The position numbers were made by a program, and so were the translations under genes. A stretch of 64,000 bases of DNA from Nanobdellota archaeon (GTDB lineage Archaea > Nanobdellota > Nanobdellia > Woesearchaeales > UBA11576). Of the stretch, positions 59,991 to 64,000 are shown piece by piece. The stretch's first letter is position 1. Each line of letters starts with the position of its first letter. The DNA lies in assembly GCA_042576705.1 (NCBI GenBank), contig JBHPEY010000003.1:3438-67437 (forward strand), written 5' to 3'. Below the pieces are notes generated by a model that worked only from the letters and a program-made list of their open reading frames with translations, did no database searches and was not told the DNA's origin.

Positions 59991-60784
59991 TACCCTATGT
60001 AGCTCATCTCTTTCTGTACGCGGTTCTGCAGCTTCTTGAGTGCCTGCTTCTTAGAAATCTTGCCCAGCTCCTGGGTCTTTGTGAGGATCTCTGTCTCTAT
60101 GTCCTCTATCTCCTTGTCCAGGTCGCTTATCTTTATGTTCAGCGTGAGTTTCTTGTTGAGTGTCTTGACGGTCTCTCGGGCGCCTTTTATGCCGAGGTAT
60201 GCAGGGTGGCCTAATGTCTCTGCAAGGAGGCAGACTGCAGGGATCTTTTTTCTCTCTGCGAGGCCGACGAGAAGTCCGCTTACTCCTATTATCGGGCCTA
60301 CTATGCCGTACAGTTTCTCGTTTATCTTCAGGCCTTTCTGGAACTTTGCGATTATCTCTTTTGAGTTGCCTGTGACAAAGACCTGCGGCTTCTTCGGGAC
60401 CTCTGCAAGACCTATGCCGCCCAGTGTGATTATCAGTTCTACGCCCAGCTTTTTTGCTGTGTCAAGCAGTGCTTCGCAGAACTCGTATGAGCTGGCCTCA
60501 TCTGCGGGCTGGACATCACCTGTCAGGATGAGGAGGTCACCTTTGCCGTTGCGCTTTTTCATGTACATCTCTATCGTCGGCAGCTCTATCAGGTTCTTGT
60601 CATTGACAAAGACTGAGTTCGGCAGGTCGTGTGAGAACAGGTTGTATAGAGGTTTTGCATTCACCTCATCGATTATGAAATCTGCTGCTATCTTGCCTAC
60701 GTTGGCTATGCCTGGCAGGCCCACTATCAGAATCGGTCTTGTTAGCTTAGGTGCTTTCTTTGAAATCTGCTCGAATTTCCACAT
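59990..60784 (-). CDS. PAC2-family proteasome assembly chaperone
   Basis: GLPGIANVGKIA, GD.QP, ITLGG, I.G.SGLL, ET.G; C-terminal YIG. Confidence 0.9.
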   Translation of the reverse strand: MWKFEQISKKAPKLTRPILIVGLPGIANVGKIAADFIIDEVNAKPLYNLFSHDLPNSVFVNDKNLIELPTIEMYMKKRNGKGDLLILTGDVQPADEASSYEFCEALLDTAKKLGVELIITLGGIGLAEVPKKPQVFVTGNSKEIIAKFQKGLKINEKLYGIVGPIIGVSGLLVGLAERKKIPAVCLLAETLGHPAYLGIKGARETVKTLNKKLTLNIKISDLDKEIEDIETEILTKTQELGKISKKQALKKLQNRVQKEMSYIG

Positions 60785-60786
60785 CT

Positions 60787-60966
60787 TTATAGTATGCCCT
60801 CTTTCTTCAGCTGTTCCTTCTTTGCTTCACGTCGGTATTTTCCGTATGGGTCCTCTGGTGAGTATTTTGCCGGCAGCGGCGGGATTGTCTTTACCTTGCA
60901 GTCTGCACACTCAGGTCTCATCGTGTACTTCCTGCACTTCGGGCACTTCAGAATGTGATTTGTCAT
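60787..60966 (-). CDS. nop10: Nop10
   Basis: KC..C..YTM...C..C, P.KYSPEDPYGKYRR. Confidence 0.93.
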   Translation of the reverse strand: MTNHILKCPKCRKYTMRPECADCKVKTIPPLPAKYSPEDPYGKYRREAKKEQLKKEGIL

Positions 60967-60979
60967 TTTAGTATGTGCT

Positions 60980-61783
60980 TTATGCAGAAGCCTTCTTCTG
61001 CTGTTTCTTCTCAACTCGCTGGAAGCTGAATTCGCACTCTCTTTTCTTCGCTGCTTTCTCTATATTCTCTGTCGCTGTCTCCATTATCTTTTCTGCATCC
61101 TTATAATTATCATAATTGACTGTGATCGAGTAGCTGCCGCCGCCTTTGTATCTTATCTTGACAGAATCGTCTTTTGCTCCTGCAGCAAGAATATCTTTCA
61201 CCAGATTGACACCCTCAGGATCATAGGTCTTCAGCTTTATCTCACCCTCAATCTCCACTTCGGGCGGTTTTATCCTCTGCCTGATGACCTCTGCAAGCTT
61301 GTCGAAGATCTTCTTGTCCAGCTTCAGGTTGGTCAGGGCTGTGTCGTCGATGATGAATTCCTCGAACATGTCGTGCAGCGAGGCATATTCCTTTGTGCTC
61401 TCCTTCAGCAGTTCCTCATGGAGTTTGTCCTTGTCTATCTTCAGCTGCTGGGCTACAAACTCCACTATCTTCTCTGCCTTCTGGTCCTTTTTTATGATCT
61501 CGGCCTTCTCTTTCTTCTGGCCTTCGCTGACCCGTCTCAATGAGAGGTCTATATGGCCGCGCTCGAGGTCAATCTTCAGGACCTTGCAGATCACTTTCTT
61601 ACCGATCCTCACGTAGTCGTTGATGTTCCTGATCCTTCCAGGAGATATCTCAGAAATATGTATCATTCCCTGTTTGTTCTCATAGTCGTCGATGTTCGCG
61701 AACACGCAATGAGGATATATCTTGGTTACTGTACAGAGAACAAGTTCTGCTTCTTCAGGCATGCCCTGCTTTTTCTTGATCAT
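60980..61783 (-). CDS. eif2a: Translation initiation factor 2 alpha
   Basis: S1 domain PE..ELV..TV, IHISEI, GHIDLSLRRV. Confidence 0.95.
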   Translation of the reverse strand: MIKKKQGMPEEAELVLCTVTKIYPHCVFANIDDYENKQGMIHISEISPGRIRNINDYVRIGKKVICKVLKIDLERGHIDLSLRRVSEGQKKEKAEIIKKDQKAEKIVEFVAQQLKIDKDKLHEELLKESTKEYASLHDMFEEFIIDDTALTNLKLDKKIFDKLAEVIRQRIKPPEVEIEGEIKLKTYDPEGVNLVKDILAAGAKDDSVKIRYKGGGSYSITVNYDNYKDAEKIMETATENIEKAAKKRECEFSFQRVEKKQQKKASA

Positions 61784-61785
61784 CC

Positions 61786-61974
61786 TTACTCAAGCACCTC
61801 AAGAATCCTTGCTTTGACCTTGGACTTTCCACCAGTGGATTCTGCGAGAGGCTTGTCACAGACAAGGCATTTTACATCTGTAGAAGTCTTGCCGAACATT
61901 ATCTGCTCGTTCTTGCATTTAGGACAACGGATCTTTATGAACTTGCTTGTTGGTTCTTTGAGAGATTTTGCCAT
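61786..61974 (-). CDS. rps27e: Ribosomal protein S27e
   Basis: SKFIKIRCPKCKNEQ..F...C..C...LA..TGGK. Confidence 0.95.
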   Translation of the reverse strand: MAKSLKEPTSKFIKIRCPKCKNEQIMFGKTSTDVKCLVCDKPLAESTGGKSKVKARILEVLE

Positions 61975-61983
61975 TTTGTAACC

Positions 61984-62295
61984 TTATTTCAATTCAACTT
62001 TCTTAGCCCTCACACCTTTCTTCTGGGCATGGGTCTTCTTGCATTCTTTGCACTGGTATCGGAGGTCTGTCTTCTTGCTTGACTTCTTCCCAGTCATCTT
62101 GAAGCTGCCTATCGGAGGCTTTGATCCCCTGGTGCCAAGGTTGCCGTGTCCTTTACCGAAGCCGCGCCTCTTCTTGCCTGACTTGCTCAGCGGCCTGACT
62201 GAGAACGGGGTCTTCTTCTTTGCCTGGCTTACCTTGTGCTCTGTGTGCTTCTTGCAAAACGGGCACAGCCTTTTCATCAGCTTTGGGATCTTCAT
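61984..62295 (-). CDS. rpl44e: Ribosomal protein L44e
   Basis: MKIPK....CPFCKKHTEH, K.SKK.DLRY.C.EC. Confidence 0.95.
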   Translation of the reverse strand: MKIPKLMKRLCPFCKKHTEHKVSQAKKKTPFSVRPLSKSGKKRRGFGKGHGNLGTRGSKPPIGSFKMTGKKSSKKTDLRYQCKECKKTHAQKKGVRAKKVELK

Positions 62296-62333
62296 TCAAT
62301 GCACCTGATATGATATAATCGTTGAGGCGAGCA

Positions 62334-63086
62334 TTAGTTTATAAGCTCTTCGGCCTGCTTTTTATCGAGCAAAACGCTTACGAGCTCGTTTGGAAGCGAT
62401 ATTACGGCTCCTTCATCGAAAGGCCCGTAAATCTGCAGGTCAGGACCTACAATCTCGCCAATTGCAGTCAAAAACCTCACCTGTTTGGTATTTTCCTGTT
62501 TTTCAGTTGAATCCAGGGTTGTTTTTAACTCTTTCGGTTGTTCAAGGCTCTGGGAGGCAGTCTCAGGGCCTGTCTGGGGCTCATCGCAAGGAGGCTTATC
62601 AGGCATCATATCTGTCTTACTGCTTCTGAGCTTTGATAATAAGTTATCATGCAGGGAATCCATCTCAGGCAGCTCACAGCAGGCAAGCTTGAAAAGTATA
62701 TTCTGCCTGAATTCAGAGAGCACAGTGCTGGCAGAGTCGAAAAGCAGCTTTTCAGAAGGGAGCATGTTGGCTGTGTTGACAAGGGTTACGCCTGTCCTTG
62801 CCTTGCTCAGCGCGACATTGATTATCTTCTTCTCTCTCCTGTCGTACAGCTCTTTGAGTATCCGCTTTATGTTCTCGAACTCCAGGCGGGACTTCTCTTT
62901 CTCATCTGCTGCGAATAGGGTGTTCTGGCTCTCGGTGTTCTCAAAACTACTCTTCTTCTCATTCAGGTATTCGAGGACATCCTTGAAGAAGGTCGCGTCC
63001 AGTTTCTGGAGGTCTTCGCGATTCTTCTCTATCCTAAGAAGCTCGAACAAGGTCTCGTAAGTGATTACCACGTCTTTTTCGCTCAT
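62334..63086 (-). CDS. GINS subunit (Gins51/15-like)
   Basis: Helical A domain (EK...LQKL...F; LY.RREKKI...A), C-terminal B domain (G.D...YGPF..G); upstream of rpl44e as in the conserved cluster. Confidence 0.8.
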   Translation of the reverse strand: MSEKDVVITYETLFELLRIEKNREDLQKLDATFFKDVLEYLNEKKSSFENTESQNTLFAADEKEKSRLEFENIKRILKELYDRREKKIINVALSKARTGVTLVNTANMLPSEKLLFDSASTVLSEFRQNILFKLACCELPEMDSLHDNLLSKLRSSKTDMMPDKPPCDEPQTGPETASQSLEQPKELKTTLDSTEKQENTKQVRFLTAIGEIVGPDLQIYGPFDEGAVISLPNELVSVLLDKKQAEELIN

Positions 63087-63205
63087 ATAATACCCCCTAA
63101 GGTGATGGAAATGTTGTCTGTTTTTATAGTTTGCTTTTGGTTATTAAAGCAAAACTATAGAGGGAAACATGGGTTTTATAAATCATATTGAAAATATCCT
63201 TTTGC

Positions 63206-64000
63206 ATGGCAAAGCTTGAATTTGAGGATATACGTTTTGATGCGGATCCTGATGATGGCAGAGTGCGGCTTGTGTTCATGAAGGTATTTGAGATGTTTAT
63301 CGATGCTTCTGCGCTTGAGAAAGTGGGTGAGTATTCTATCGGCGAGCATCATGTTGATTTTCCTGAGCTGTCTGAGAAATCTGCGAGCAACAAGTTCATG
63401 CAGCTGTTGGATCATGCTTTCTTGGGTCTTCGGAGTGTGTTGACCGGGCGTCGGGCTGTGTATGTGCATCAGCATTCTGGGATTCCGCTTATCGGGTCGC
63501 TTTATTTTGGGTTGGTGGACCGTGGTACTAATATGCTTGAGGTGAAACCCATCACTGGATGTAATATCGACTGCAGTTTCTGCTCTGTGGGTGAAGGGAA
63601 ATCGTCTAAGCGTCTGGTTGATTTTGTCGTCGAGACAGACTATCTTGTTTCCGAGACACGGAAGCTTGTCGATTATAAGTGTGCTGGTGGTTGTAAGATA
63701 GATGTGTTCATCAACACGCATGGTGAGCCTCTGCTTTATGCTGGTATGATTGATCTTGTGCGTGGGTTGTGTGGGATCTCTGGTGTGGGTGTGGTGTCTA
63801 TCATCACTAATGGGACTTTGTTGTCTGAGAAGATGGTGGATGAGCTCGTCGATGCCGGGCTTAGCCAGTTGAATATCTCTATCAATGCGTTTTCTGCTGA
63901 TAAGGCGAAAGAGCTTGCTGGAATCGGGTCTTATGATGTGGAGCGTGTCAAGTCTGTGGCTAAATATGCTGCGGAAAAGATTAAAGTGGTGGTGGCGCCT
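63206..64000 (+). CDS. Archaeal radical SAM protein (runs off window end)
   Basis: Manual translation MAKLEFED...IPLIG...FGLVDRGTN.LEVKP.TGCNIDCSFCSV, GEP, TNG. Confidence 0.85.
   Translation, partial: MAKLEFEDIRFDADPDDGRVRLVFMKVFEMFIDASALEKVGEYSIGEHHVDFPELSEKSASNKFMQLLDHAFLGLRSVLTGRRAVYVHQHSGIPLIGSLYFGLVDRGTNMLEVKPITGCNIDCSFCSVGEGKSSKRLVDFVVETDYLVSETRKLVDYKCAGGCKIDVFINTHGEPLLYAGMIDLVRGLCGISGVGVVSIITNGTLLSEKMVDELVDAGLSQLNISINAFSADKAKELAGIGSYDVERVKSVAKYAAEKIKVVVAP

Overview
Archaeal chromosome segment. Archaeal 16S/23S rRNA, eIF2a, eIF6, Nop10, L44e/S27e, GINS, LonB, Kae1 and TATA/BRE promoters are present. Gene content suggests a DPANN lineage, probably Woesearchaeota, but that assignment is inference. 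The window holds a Fur/PerR-led redox plus non-oxidative pentose-phosphate cluster, a minus-strand 16S-tRNA(Ala)-23S operon, four more tRNAs, housekeeping clusters and surface proteins. The strongest signals are: (1) seven bulge-helix-bulge (BHB) introns in about 6 kb, including a three-intron tRNA-Ile with a rare UAU anticodon and a 16S intron that splits the 806R primer site; (2) several unannotated families of intergenic structured elements with compensatory base changes; (3) a bacterial-type long RelA/SpoT; (4) a ShosTA-like DprA + HAD-PRTase pair; (5) a ~1590-aa membrane protein with an OmpA-like segment; (6) a GCS2 ligase/GATase/papain-fold trio. All calls were made by eye from motifs. 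No searches or folding programs were run.
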